The translations under genes and the position numbers were made by a program. A DNA stretch of 64,000 bases from a virus. Shown piece by piece: positions 36,698 to 46,200 of the stretch. Within the stretch, counting starts at the first letter, position 1. Each line of letters opens with the position of its first letter. The notes under the pieces are model-generated. The model had not been told where the DNA came from, ran no database searches, and saw only the letters and a list, made by a program, of their open reading frames with translations. The stretch lies in the IMG/VR virus record IMGVR_UViG_3300037797_000117, positions 102,388-166,387 of that record. The stretch is one strand, 5' to 3'.

Positions 36698-37021
36698 GTG
36701 CTTGACGCCATCGTGGAAACCATCGGGGTCGCGTTGCGGTCCGGGCTGTTCCTCGCCGGGCTCGGCATCGGGTTCGGCGCCGGTGTCGCATACGCCGTGT
36801 GTCGCCGCTGGTGGCGGGACTACAAAACGTCGAAGGGTCTGGTCAAGGGGCTTCGGAAGGGCGCCATCCGGTCGGTACCCCGCGTCATCAAATGGGGGGC
36901 GGTCGCCGGTGTGGGCCTCATCGTCGCGATCGCGGGGATGACCGCCACCGGCAACGTCACCGATGGGACCCCAACCCAGCCGGCCGGTGTCCCATCAGCC
37001 CCGTCTTCGTCGGCCCGGTAG
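36698..37021 (+). CDS. two-TM membrane protein
   Basis: Two hydrophobic helices with a basic loop. Confidence 0.55.
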   Translation: MLDAIVETIGVALRSGLFLAGLGIGFGAGVAYAVCRRWWRDYKTSKGLVKGLRKGAIRSVPRVIKWGAVAGVGLIVAIAGMTATGNVTDGTPTQPAGVPSAPSSSAR

Positions 37022-37035
37022 CGTTCCGGGCCCTT

Positions 37036-37108
37036 GCCCACGTAGCTCAGCGGATAGAGCGCCTCGCTCCGGACGAGGAGGCCGTAGGTTCGATTCCTGC
37101 CGTGGGTA
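37036..37108 (+). tRNA. tRNA-Arg(CCG)
   Basis: Loop CTCCGGA. Confidence 0.95.
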
Positions 37109-37112
37109 CCTC

Positions 37113-37189
37113 GATCCCGTGACGTTCCCGGTGGAACGCGCCGCCTGCAAAGCGGTGGAACGGTCCCGGTTCGACTCCGGGCGGGATCT
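37113..37189 (+). tRNA. tRNA-Cys(GCA)
   Basis: Loop CTGCAAA; U73. Confidence 0.85.
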
Positions 37190-37215
37190 CGACGCCATCC
37201 ACTGTGGACCTTCAA

Positions 37216-37287
37216 TGCTGGCGGGCCGGCGCCCACCTGCTGCTCATAACGGCGGGACGCCCGGATCGACACCGGGGCCAGCGACCA
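37216..37287 (+). tRNA. atypical tRNA(CAT), Met or Ile2
   Basis: Tiny D-arm, 6-bp anticodon stem, T-loop ATCGACA, encoded CCA. Confidence 0.7.
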
Positions 37288-37374
37288 TATCCGCCCTGTT
37301 TGGGATTTCCCGCCCGCGCGCGCCGGACCCGCCAGTATCGTGTATTACGTATGCAACCAGGTGGAGGGGATTCG

Positions 37375-37686
37375 ATGGGAACCGACCTGATCGCGGCAGC
37401 ACTCCAAGCGGCGCTGGCCCGCGCCACCGACCCGGACCCGAAGGACGACCTGGACGTCATCGTCACCTTCCGCGCGACCGCGGCGGACCGGCTGCTGCTG
37501 ACGTTCGTCGCCGATCACCTCGGCGAGTCCAGGTCGTCGTTCATCCGGAACGGGGCGGTCGACCTGGCGTTGGCCGTCATCGACGCGGCCGGCGGGCTGG
37601 ACACCATGAAGAACGGCTACCGAGCCCGCCACGACCGGCGGGTGACCGCCACCGTCGACGCGGTGACGGGCCTGGTGCGGGGTTAG
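37375..37686 (+). CDS. RHH-domain protein (DUF1778-like)
   Basis: VIVTFRATAADRLLL...GESRSSFIR; GGAGGGG RBS. Confidence 0.6.
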   Translation: MGTDLIAAALQAALARATDPDPKDDLDVIVTFRATAADRLLLTFVADHLGESRSSFIRNGAVDLALAVIDAAGGLDTMKNGYRARHDRRVTATVDAVTGLVRG

Positions 37687-38051
37687 TCGGCGGATTCGGA
37701 CGCCACCACGGTCTGATTGGCGGCGCCGCACGTCGGGCAGCGCCGCGGTACCCGCAGTGCCGGCTCGACGGTGACGTGGGTTTCCAGGTGGCGGATGTGT
37801 CCGCAGAACAGCCGTACCCGCCACCGGCGAAGCTCCCCCGGCGGCGGGGCAGCCAGCAGGGTCCGCAACTTGGCCATCTGCCCGCCGGTCAGCGGCGGGG
37901 CCTGGTCGACCGAGCGTCGGACCAGGTCGGCGAGCTCGTCAGTTGCGGCTTGGGCTGCCCGGTCCCGGTCGGTCAACTCGTAGTCTTCAAGCCATCCCAT
38001 CTGGGCACCATAGGCGACCGGGCCGGGGCCGGGACGGGGTGTGTGTCGCAT
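37683..38051 (-). CDS. hypothetical Zn-ribbon protein
   Basis: WRVRLFCGH...CPTCG. Confidence 0.55.
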   Translation of the reverse strand: MRHTPRPGPGPVAYGAQMGWLEDYELTDRDRAAQAATDELADLVRRSVDQAPPLTGGQMAKLRTLLAAPPPGELRRWRVRLFCGHIRHLETHVTVEPALRVPRRCPTCGAANQTVVASESAD

Positions 38052-38082
38052 AGGTCCCCAAGTTACGCAATCATAGGTAGCT

Positions 38083-38610
38083 GTGGCTTCCCCCTACTTC
38101 GTTGTCGTCGAGCCCTCCGGGGTGTTGCGGCCCGTCCAGCAGGTTCCGACCGTCGACGTGATCGTCCGGGAGCTGTACCCGGCCTGGGTCGGGCGGGTAT
38201 GGCTCGGTGAGCAGGTGCCGCTACTGACGCCGCTGGTCGCGTTTGTCGGCGACCCCCGCCCCGGGACTGTCCGGAACCCGGTCGGGTCGTGTCTGCTGTC
38301 GTGTCTGGGTGCTCCGCTTGGCCGGTATACCGGCCCGATCGTCATTACCGGCTGGAACCTGGATACCGGGGTGGCGTTGTCGACCGCGGCCCGGATCACC
38401 GCGTTCGGGTTCGACCTGGCCTTGTTGATCGCGGACACGGTCGACGACATTCGCGCTGCCGCCGAAGGGCTCGCCACCGGCCACGGCCCGGACTGGGACG
38501 GGGCGGTCCGGGCCCATACCGCGCGGGTGGCCGACCTGGAACCGACCCGCCCGGCGAGTTGGCTCACAGGGCACCACCCGGACGCGGTGAGAAGGGTGAC
38601 AGTCGCTTAG
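38083..38610 (+). CDS. hypothetical protein
   Basis: 175-aa ORF. Confidence 0.6.
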   Translation: MASPYFVVVEPSGVLRPVQQVPTVDVIVRELYPAWVGRVWLGEQVPLLTPLVAFVGDPRPGTVRNPVGSCLLSCLGAPLGRYTGPIVITGWNLDTGVALSTAARITAFGFDLALLIADTVDDIRAAAEGLATGHGPDWDGAVRAHTARVADLEPTRPASWLTGHHPDAVRRVTVA

Positions 38611-38657
38611 GGACGCAAGTTGGCGTATCGTAAACAGGCCAACTTGCGTCCCTAAGC
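38605..38657. promoter_or_regulatory. 20-bp perfect inverted repeat (operator) with a -10 box in its loop
   Basis: GCTTAGGGACGCAAGTTGGC-N13-GCCAACTTGCGTCCCTAAGC, TATCGT in loop; a half-site recurs at 39211. Confidence 0.65.
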
Positions 38658-38689
38658 CGCAGGCCCGTTTCCCCCGAAGGAGCCCCACC

Positions 38690-38806
38690 ATGTTGCGAAG
38701 AGTCTTCGCCGCCGCGTTCCTCGCGCTCGCCGTGGCCACGTTCGCCGCGCCGGCCGCCGCCCACGCCGGCCACGACCACTCGACCAACAGCTACCACGAC
38801 TGCTGA
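38690..38806 (+). CDS. 38-aa secreted pro-peptide (Sec signal + GHDHSTNSYHDC)
   Basis: GAAGGAG RBS; MLRRVFAAAFLALAVATFAAPAAAHA|GHDHSTNSYHDC; followed by terminator; below ORF-track cutoff. Confidence 0.75.
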   Translation: MLRRVFAAAFLALAVATFAAPAAAHAGHDHSTNSYHDC

Positions 38807-38820
38807 TCTGGTCTCGCCCC

Positions 38821-38867
38821 AAACGGGAGGCCCCCACCGGAACGTTCCGGTGGGGGCCTCCCGTTTT
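38821..38867. terminator. intrinsic terminator hairpin
   Basis: AAACGGGAGGCCCCCACCGGAA/TTCCGGTGGGGGCCTCCCGTTT. Confidence 0.75.
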
Positions 38868-38868
38868 G

Positions 38869-39108
38869 TTACCGGTCCGGGGGGAGCGGGTCGGCGATGC
38901 GGACCTCTTTGCCTTGGCGGCCGACGGTCCACCCGGTCCACGACAGCAGCAGCAACGCCCGGTAGATGGTGGTTTCGCTGACGCCGTAGCTGCGGGCGAG
39001 TAGGCGACGTTTGGGTAGCACCTGGCCCGGTTGGAGCTTGCCCGCTCGGACTTGGGTGCGGATGTCATCGGCTATCGAGCCGGCACCCCACGCGCGGTGT
39101 TCCGACAT
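38869..39108 (-). CDS. GntR-family wHTH-only regulator
   Basis: IADDIRTQVRAGKLQPGQVLP..LARSYGVSETTIYRAL. Confidence 0.85.
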   Translation of the reverse strand: MSEHRAWGAGSIADDIRTQVRAGKLQPGQVLPKRRLLARSYGVSETTIYRALLLLSWTGWTVGRQGKEVRIADPLPPDR

Positions 39109-39331
39109 GTTGCCTTCCCCCTTGCCAGGTCCGGCAATTCGATCAGCATGTCGCCTACCGGTCAAGCATGACGTAAATCGACGGGTGTGAGTACCGTCGG
39201 TGTTCGTTGACTTGGGGACGCAAGTTTGTCATCGTCCATGTGAGCCCCTTGCCAGGCGCTCCCTCCCGGTGGCCTCGTAAGCCCCCGGCCACCGGGAGGA
39301 ACCACCCGTTTCCCCAACGCCAAGGTTGAAA

Positions 39332-39883
39332 ATGACACTCAAGGTTGTCGACGTCGTCGGCGGATCCCTCCTCGACGAGGTGTGGGACCTGTACTACGCG
39401 GCGTTTCGTGAGTTGAACGAGATGACGGTGCAGCGGCACCTGATGTACCGGCCCGAGTTCGACGCTGTGATGGCCGATCCGCGGATCGACAAGTACCTCG
39501 CGCTCGACGACGCCGGCCGGGTGGCCGGCCTGTCGGTGTACACGAACCAGCTGGCGGCGTGGCCGTTGATCTCGCCAGCCTACTTCCGGCGCCGCTGGCC
39601 CGTGCATTACGCTGAGTATCGGATCTGGTACTGCGGGTTCGTGGCGGTTCCCGGGCACCAACCAGGCATCTTCACCACCCTGGTCGAAGCCATGTACCGG
39701 CACGCCGAACAGCACCAGGGGGTGATCAGCCTGGACATCTGCCAGCTCAACATCGACGCCCACCGCCTCGACAAGGTCATCGCCACGTGGCTGACCCGCA
39801 TCTCCAACCGGAAGGTCCGCGTCGACCGCGGCGACGTCCAGACGTTCCGCATCTACGAAACCTGCCCGGACGGTGCGGCATGA
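39332..39883 (+). CDS. GNAT/acyltransferase-fold hypothetical protein
   Basis: WDLYYAAF...KYLALDDAGRVAGL...IWYCGFVAV pattern; TTGACT-N17-CATCGT upstream. Confidence 0.55.
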   Translation: MTLKVVDVVGGSLLDEVWDLYYAAFRELNEMTVQRHLMYRPEFDAVMADPRIDKYLALDDAGRVAGLSVYTNQLAAWPLISPAYFRRRWPVHYAEYRIWYCGFVAVPGHQPGIFTTLVEAMYRHAEQHQGVISLDICQLNIDAHRLDKVIATWLTRISNRKVRVDRGDVQTFRIYETCPDGAA

Positions 39884-40329
39884 CGTCCTTCCTCCCCGAC
39901 GAAAAGGTCACCACCGACGAACCGGCGCTGCGCCGCCCGTTCGGGTGGCAGCTCCGCCTCCAGCTCGCCGGCTGCCGCCAATCCGTCGTCAACGACATGG
40001 CGCAGGTCGAAACCTTCGCCACGCTGCTGTGTGACGCGATCGGCATGACCCCGTACGGCGGCCCCATCGTCGACCGGTTCGGCGTCGGCGACCTGTACGG
40101 CATCACCGCCGTCCAGCAGATGGTGGTCCAGCGACTCACCACCTCCGCCATGGTCATCCACTGCGACCCGCCAGACGGGGTGTTCATCGACGTGTTCTCG
40201 TGCCGCTGGTTCGATCCGCAGGCTGCGGCCGACTTCTCTGTCCGGTACTTCACCGCCACCGGCGCGGCGGGGGACTTTTCTGTCCGCCAAGCCCCCCCGG
40301 TCGGGTTCGTGTACAACTTCGGCACGTAG
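39880..40329 (+). CDS. S-adenosylmethionine decarboxylase (SpeD/SpeH-like proenzyme)
   Basis: FGWQL.L.L.GC...GITAVQ...TS.MVIH...FIDVFSCRWFD; ATGA overlap. Confidence 0.75.
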   Translation: MTSFLPDEKVTTDEPALRRPFGWQLRLQLAGCRQSVVNDMAQVETFATLLCDAIGMTPYGGPIVDRFGVGDLYGITAVQQMVVQRLTTSAMVIHCDPPDGVFIDVFSCRWFDPQAAADFSVRYFTATGAAGDFSVRQAPPVGFVYNFGT

Positions 40330-40634
40330 ACGCGCGGGCGCGCGCACCGAACGGCCAAACGGCCGGACCCGGCGGGTCCGGCCGTTTACTGTGTCCCGGT
40401 GAGCGTGGATGAACCGATAGACCTGGTGCCCCGGTTCGGTGTGCGGGCCGAATGGGTCGCGGAGCGGCCCCTGTCCGCTGCCGTCGCGGCCGCTGCCGCC
40501 CGCCGCGCCGCTGACCCGGACGACGTGTACAGCTTCGACCAGGTGTGGGTGTCCGACGACAAAGGTGGCTACCGGCCCGTCGGCCGCCGCTGACCGATGG
40601 ACACGAATGGCCGATCCGACGTCTGGTCCAAGGT

Positions 40635-41000
40635 GTGAACCTGCCACTGCCCTGCATCATCTGCGGCCAGGCACTGGAGTCGGCCGTCCCGGACGTTGTG
40701 CGTAACCCGTCCGGGAACCAGCCGCACGGCGGCACCACATTCTGGACATCTGGGCATTACGGCTCTACCGTGTTCGACCCTCAGAACAGCACGTGGACGC
40801 TGGAAATCAACCTGTGCGATCCGTGCCTGACCGCCCACGCCGGGCGGGTCCTGTCCGTTACCACCGTGCGGCGTACCCCGCTGCGGAAGACGGAGCCGTG
40901 GACACCGACCGACCACGAGCACCCCTGCCCGGCCACATGCGTCGAAGGCGTCGAATGCTGCATCTGCCACGAACGGGAGAAAGCGGCCGGGGAGGGCTAG
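40635..41000 (+). CDS. hypothetical Zn-binding phage protein
   Basis: CIICG...GHYGSTVFDP...CDPC. Confidence 0.65.
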   Translation: MNLPLPCIICGQALESAVPDVVRNPSGNQPHGGTTFWTSGHYGSTVFDPQNSTWTLEINLCDPCLTAHAGRVLSVTTVRRTPLRKTEPWTPTDHEHPCPATCVEGVECCICHEREKAAGEG

Positions 41001-41380
41001 CGGCTGTGCCGCGGCGGCGGTAGCAGACCGAGCTGGGTGTTGTGCAACGTCGCGATGTAGCGGGCAACCCGCTCGGTTGCAAGGTCCGCCACGATCAGCG
41101 CACCACCCGACCGGTCGTCGAGGACGCTGACCGGGTAGTCCTCGGTGGCGACCGCCCACCCACCGACCGTGTTGTTCACGACCGGGTACCAGCGCACCGC
41201 GAACGGGTTCACCCGAACAGGTTCCGCCTCCGCCGCCGGTTGGGTATCGACGCTGCCTGAACCGTCCACTGTGGTCGCCGTCCGGCCTGTCCCCACCCGT
41301 TCCGCATCGCCGTTGCCTGCGAGCCCGGTTGACTGTGCGTCTGGCACACCCCGCCGCCCGCCGTCTGCTCGGAGTCCTCG

Positions 41381-41773
41381 TTGAATCTTGGCCGTACCGG
41401 TCAAACCGTGCTTGCCTTTCTGGTCACGTCCGCGGCGGCCGCGCCACTCATCGCGGTCGGGGTTGCTGAGGGCGGGCAGGGGTGGACGGCAACAACCGCC
41501 GTCACCGTAGACGGCGGGGAGGTCGCCAGCTTCGCCCCGCCACAGCCGGAACCCGAGCCCGCCAACGTCGTCGGCGAACCGGCCCCGGCTGTCACTGCCG
41601 AGCCGAGCCTCGACGTTGTCGGCCCGGCCGACGAGGTCGAACAGGTCGTTCCACCGGTCAGCACGCCGCCGAGCCTCGACCCGGATCCGCCAGCGGGTGA
41701 CAGCGGCGACGGGCCGGGCGAGCCACCCGCCGCCGAGCCGTCCGAGGACCCGGCCGAGCCGGTCCTCCCGTAA
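41381..41773 (+). CDS. secreted Pro/Glu-rich protein
   Basis: Hydrophobic N-terminus, low-complexity tail. Confidence 0.5.
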   Translation: MNLGRTGQTVLAFLVTSAAAAPLIAVGVAEGGQGWTATTAVTVDGGEVASFAPPQPEPEPANVVGEPAPAVTAEPSLDVVGPADEVEQVVPPVSTPPSLDPDPPAGDSGDGPGEPPAAEPSEDPAEPVLP

Positions 41774-41829
41774 CTCCCCGGCCGGCTGGCCGGGTGTACC
41801 ACCCTCTGCAACCATCTCGAAAGGAAACC

Positions 41830-42357
41830 ATGCGTAACCGCACGCGTCTGGCAGTCATCGCGATTGTCGCCGCCCTCGGCGTTACCACGATCGGCGTCTC
41901 CTGGGCCTGGTTCACCGAAACCCAGGTCGCCGACGCATCCGGCGGTGCCGGAGCCGACATGCTGCCGATGACCGTCACCGCCCCGGTCTACGTGTACGAG
42001 AACGGGCAGAACGGCCTGTACCCGAACCGGTGGGCCGACCTGAAGCTGACCGTGGCCAACCCTGCCGACAACAACATCAACGTCACGGTTACCTCGGTGG
42101 TGCCGGCAACGACCAACCCGAAGAACGTGAGCGCCACGATTCCGAACAGCTCCGCCAACCGGAGTTACTGCGAGGGTCTGCTCATCATGTCCGCTGGTCC
42201 GACAATCGCTGCCGAGGCCGGCGACCTGGTTCTCATTCCGGGTGAGTCGGTAGTGGTGGTGCTGGACAACGCAGTCGCGTTGGATCCCTCCGCCGACAAC
42301 CGTTGCCAGGGCATGACATTCGAAACCCAGTGGAATGTCGTGGCGCAGAACAACTGA
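41830..42357 (+). CDS. secreted protein with SipW-type (TasA/CalY-like) signal peptide
   Basis: GVSWAWFT cleavage motif; C-terminal ADNRCQGMTF; AAGGA RBS. Confidence 0.7.
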   Translation: MRNRTRLAVIAIVAALGVTTIGVSWAWFTETQVADASGGAGADMLPMTVTAPVYVYENGQNGLYPNRWADLKLTVANPADNNINVTVTSVVPATTNPKNVSATIPNSSANRSYCEGLLIMSAGPTIAAEAGDLVLIPGESVVVVLDNAVALDPSADNRCQGMTFETQWNVVAQNN

Positions 42358-42666
42358 AGGCCGCCATCAGGCCTGCCACGTACCGGCCCTGGCCTGCTGG
42401 CGGGGACAACTGGGCTGGTAGTGCTGCTGGCCGGCGTGGTTCTACGCGCCGCTGGCAGGCGTCGGGCTCGTTAGGGTGATAGCGGGGCCGGCCGGGGACG
42501 GGGTCACGGGTTGAGCGCGCGAGCGTTCCCCGTGGCCCCGTTCGGTATCTGCCCGGTTCCAATCGCTGCGTTCGACACGTCCGGCCAGTTTGGTCGTTGT
42601 AGCCTCCGATGGCTCGACCGCCCCATGCCCTGTCCCCAACTGGAAGTAGATGCCTGGATGAGACCT

Positions 42667-43617
42667 ATGACCGTGACCCGGACGTTGCGTTACCTGGCCG
42701 CCGCCGGCGTGGCTGCTGTTGCCGCGGCAGGTGTTGTCGGAGCCGCGTCGGTGGCTGGCGCGGCCGGCCCGGGCCGGCCGGTGGCGTACACCGGTGGCTG
42801 CCCGACGGTGAAGCACACCGACCTGGCCGGGGTGACGTACACCGCCGGTGGGAAGGCCGCCCTCGACGTTGACGGGCTGGTATTCACCACGACCGTCGTC
42901 GCCGACGCGGTGCAGTGGAAGTCGACCCTGGGCGAGCCGGTCGACATGGACAAGGTCAACGCCATGTCGTACCGGACCCGGAAGTTGCCGTTCTCCGACA
43001 CGGAAGACACGGGCAACGCTGCGGCCCTGCCGGCGTACCGGGTGTTCCTCACCGGCACCGAGATCAACGACTCGGCAACGCTGGTGTACGAGCCGTACTA
43101 CCAGCCGGGCGTCGGTAACCCGCCGATGGCAACCACGCAGACGTGGAACGTGCTCGCCGGGAAGTTCTGGTCGTCGAAGACGATCGGCGGGATCACCGCG
43201 GAGCCGGGCGGTTCGTACGCCGGGAACAAGACGTGGGCCGAGATTGTGGCTGCGAACCCGTCGGCGAAGGTCGTCGCGTTCGCCGTCGGTCAGGGCACGT
43301 ACAACGTGAAGACGAAGGCCCGCGTCAACAACGTCGTGTTCAGCTCCAAGAAGAAGTGTGTCGAGCACACCTGGACGACACCGCCGGCACCGACCGGCAC
43401 CGGCACCGGCACCGGTAGCCCGACCGCCACGGCGACCGCTACAGCTACGGGCACAGCGACGGTGGCACCCCCGCCGCCGGGTGGTGGCAGCAACGGTGGT
43501 CTGCCGGTGACCGGGGTCAACGTCGGTGTCGCGGTCGCGGTCGGGTTGGGTCTGCTCGGCGTCGGTGCTGTGGTGGTGTTCGTGTCTCGCCGGCGGCGGG
43601 TCAGGTTCGCCTCGTAA
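42667..43617 (+). CDS. LPXTG sortase-anchored surface protein
   Basis: Signal peptide, TG/TA linker, LPVTG, TM helix, RRRR. Confidence 0.85.
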   Translation: MTVTRTLRYLAAAGVAAVAAAGVVGAASVAGAAGPGRPVAYTGGCPTVKHTDLAGVTYTAGGKAALDVDGLVFTTTVVADAVQWKSTLGEPVDMDKVNAMSYRTRKLPFSDTEDTGNAAALPAYRVFLTGTEINDSATLVYEPYYQPGVGNPPMATTQTWNVLAGKFWSSKTIGGITAEPGGSYAGNKTWAEIVAANPSAKVVAFAVGQGTYNVKTKARVNNVVFSSKKKCVEHTWTTPPAPTGTGTGTGSPTATATATATGTATVAPPPPGGGSNGGLPVTGVNVGVAVAVGLGLLGVGAVVVFVSRRRRVRFAS

Positions 43618-43782
43618 GTCTCCGCCGCAGCGTGGACGCCAACCACACTGCGGCGGCGCGCGGGTTCCGTGAGGACCTGCGGGGCTGGGGCCGTGGGTCG
43701 AGCACGTGACGTGTTCCCCGCGGCCCCGGCCCGTCTCTGCCGAACTGCCCCGACTGCACATAGTTCCCGATATGGTGGGTGG

Positions 43783-44088
43783 GTGAGCAGCAACCCTCCT
43801 GGCTGGGGTGAGATCGGCGGAATGCATTCCGGGCCCCCGCTGGTCGTCCACACCCCCGACGAATGCGGCGACGAACCGTGCTGCATCCACAACCCGTCCG
43901 AGCATCCGTTGCGGGACTGGCCGCTGCACTGGCGTGGCCACGTCATGGAACGGATCTGCTCCCACGGCATCGGCCACCCCGACCCGGACGATTTGGCGTG
44001 GCGCCGCCGCAGCGGGCAGCCCGATCCGTCCGTCCACGGCTGTGACGGGTGCTGCACCAACGAGAAGGGGGCGCCGTGTCCGGTGTGA
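43783..44088 (+). CDS. phage Cys/His-rich hypothetical protein
   Basis: CCIHNPSEH...MERICSHGIGHPDPD...HGCDGCC. Confidence 0.7.
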   Translation: MSSNPPGWGEIGGMHSGPPLVVHTPDECGDEPCCIHNPSEHPLRDWPLHWRGHVMERICSHGIGHPDPDDLAWRRRSGQPDPSVHGCDGCCTNEKGAPCPV

Positions 44089-44723
44089 TGGTGGTGTTCG
44101 AGGGTGGCGACGGGGCGGGGAAAACCACCCAGTTGGAGTTGCTCGCCGCCGCGTTGACCGCGGCCGGGCACGACGTGGTCACCACCCGCGAGCCGGGCGG
44201 CACCCCGGTCGGCAGGGAGCTGCGGTCGCTGATCCTCGACGACGAACACGGCCCCACCCTGCCGGCGGAGGCACGTGCCTGCATGTTCCTCGCCGACCGG
44301 GCCGTCCACGTCACCACCGTGATCCGGCCCGCGCTCGAACGTGGCGCCGTCGTCTTGTGTGACCGGTTCCACGACTCGACGGCCGTCTACCAGGGCGATG
44401 CGGAAGGCATCGGCGCCCTCCACATGATCGGCATGTCGGCGTGGGCCGCTGGTGGGCTCCTCCCGGACCTGGTGATCCTCCTCGACGTGTTACCGGCCGT
44501 TGCGGCGGCCCGGATCCGGCAGCGGCCGGTGGCGGACCACATCGACCTCCAGCCCGACGCGTACCACCAGAAGGTCCGCAAAGGGTTCCTCCGGCTGGCG
44601 TCCATGTCGGCCGGCGGCGTCGACTACGTCGTCCTCGACGCCGACGCCCCCCGCGCGCACATCGCCGGTGAGGTGGCCGAAGCTGTAGACCGGGTGTTGG
44701 CGCTGCGGAAGGCGGGGGTCTGA
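44076..44723 (+). CDS. tmk: thymidylate kinase
   Basis: [38 protein letters not shown]. Confidence 0.95.
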   Translation: MSGVMVVFEGGDGAGKTTQLELLAAALTAAGHDVVTTREPGGTPVGRELRSLILDDEHGPTLPAEARACMFLADRAVHVTTVIRPALERGAVVLCDRFHDSTAVYQGDAEGIGALHMIGMSAWAAGGLLPDLVILLDVLPAVAAARIRQRPVADHIDLQPDAYHQKVRKGFLRLASMSAGGVDYVVLDADAPRAHIAGEVAEAVDRVLALRKAGV

Positions 44724-44724
44724 G

Positions 44725-45555
44725 ATGCGGGTACGGCTGGTCGGCTGGACCCATTTCGAGCCACCCGACGATGTGGACTGGTCAACCGACGCCGACGGTG
44801 GGCAGGCCCTGGCCGAATTTGCCGGCCGCGCCTGCTACCAGTCGTGGGCGAAGCCGAACCCGGCGACCGCGACCAACGCCGGCTACCTGCGGCACATCCT
44901 CGACGTCGGGCACCTGTCGGTGCTGGAGCACGGCACCGTCAGCTTCTACATCACCGGGGTTTCCCGGTCGCTGACCCACGAACTGATCCGGCACCGGCAC
45001 TTCTCCTACAGCCAACTGTCGCAGCGGTACGTCCGCGCTGACGGATCCGTCGTCACCCCCGACGTGATTGCCACCGACCCGGCCGCCTCGGGAATTTTCA
45101 ACGCCGCAGTCGAGCACGCGGAGAGGGCGTACCACGACCTCGTCGACCGGCTCTACGAACGGCTTTACGGCCGGCCGTCCGGCCGGCACCAAGCCACCGC
45201 GTACCTGCCGGACGGGTCACCCGACGGGGAAACCTGCCGGGAATGTGGCGGGCCGTGGCCGTGCCGGCCGGCGCGTACCGCAGTACGGAAGCTGGCCCGC
45301 CAGGCAGCCCGGTCGGTCCTACCGAACGCGGCCGAGACCCGGATCGTGGTCACCGGGAACTACCGGGCGTGGCGCCACTTCATCGGCATGCGCGCCACCG
45401 AACACGCCGACGTAGAAATCCGGGCGCTGGCGGTGGAATGTTTGCGGCACCTCGCCGGGGTCGCCCCGGCTGTGTTTGGCGACATGTGCATCGTCACGTT
45501 GGCCGATGGAACCGAGGTGGCCCAGTCGATGTTGCAATCCGGCGGTGGCGGGTAG
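44725..45555 (+). CDS. thyX: FAD-dependent thymidylate synthase with internal insertion
   Basis: [56 protein letters not shown]. Confidence 0.95.
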   Translation: MRVRLVGWTHFEPPDDVDWSTDADGGQALAEFAGRACYQSWAKPNPATATNAGYLRHILDVGHLSVLEHGTVSFYITGVSRSLTHELIRHRHFSYSQLSQRYVRADGSVVTPDVIATDPAASGIFNAAVEHAERAYHDLVDRLYERLYGRPSGRHQATAYLPDGSPDGETCRECGGPWPCRPARTAVRKLARQAARSVLPNAAETRIVVTGNYRAWRHFIGMRATEHADVEIRALAVECLRHLAGVAPAVFGDMCIVTLADGTEVAQSMLQSGGGG

Positions 45556-45795
45556 ACTCCACCACGGAACTCCAAGGATCTTCCTTCACAGACTGTGGCG
45601 GTCGGCTGAAGGAACCAGCGGCCCCAGGCTTCGGCTCGGGGCCGCTGTTTCACATCACGGGCCGGGTCGGCTCACACGACGGGCTGGGCCCGGGGTGGTG
45701 GTTGTCGTCTTCCCCCGACCAGGCCGGGGCGGTCACAGCGACGAGGACGGCCACGGCGAGGACGAGCGCGGCCGCTGCCGAGCGGAGAGGGTGGG

Positions 45796-46200
45796 TCACG
45801 CGACGTCCAACGACGGGGGCGGGATCTGGGTGTGCTGGTCGGCGCGGGCCAGGCCGGCGTCGGTGAGGGACCACAACACCCGCACGACGCCCGATGACAG
45901 GCGACGCTGCCGCGACTTGACCAGGCCGGCGTACTGCAAGTCCATGAGGACGGCGGTGACCAGCCGCGGCGGGTATGTCGGTGTGACGAGTTGCAGGCCG
46001 CGCGTGTTGCGGGTCTTCACCACGAGGGCGGCGATGATGGCGTCGCCGACCTCGTCACGCAGCGGGCTGCCGGGGGCGCATGCGGTGCACCGGTTGGCGG
46101 GCTGTCCCGGGGTCCGGCAACGTCCGCACACAGGCCCACACTTCGGGCATACGGGTGTGGTCTTGGTCATCCCGCAGCGGCTACACGTTGTCTCGTTCAC
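45796..46200 (-). CDS. Zn-finger + wHTH hypothetical protein
   Basis: Four CxxC followed by wHTH-like segment. Confidence 0.55.
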   Translation of the reverse strand: MNETTCSRCGMTKTTPVCPKCGPVCGRCRTPGQPANRCTACAPGSPLRDEVGDAIIAALVVKTRNTRGLQLVTPTYPPRLVTAVLMDLQYAGLVKSRQRRLSSGVVRVLWSLTDAGLARADQHTQIPPPSLDVA

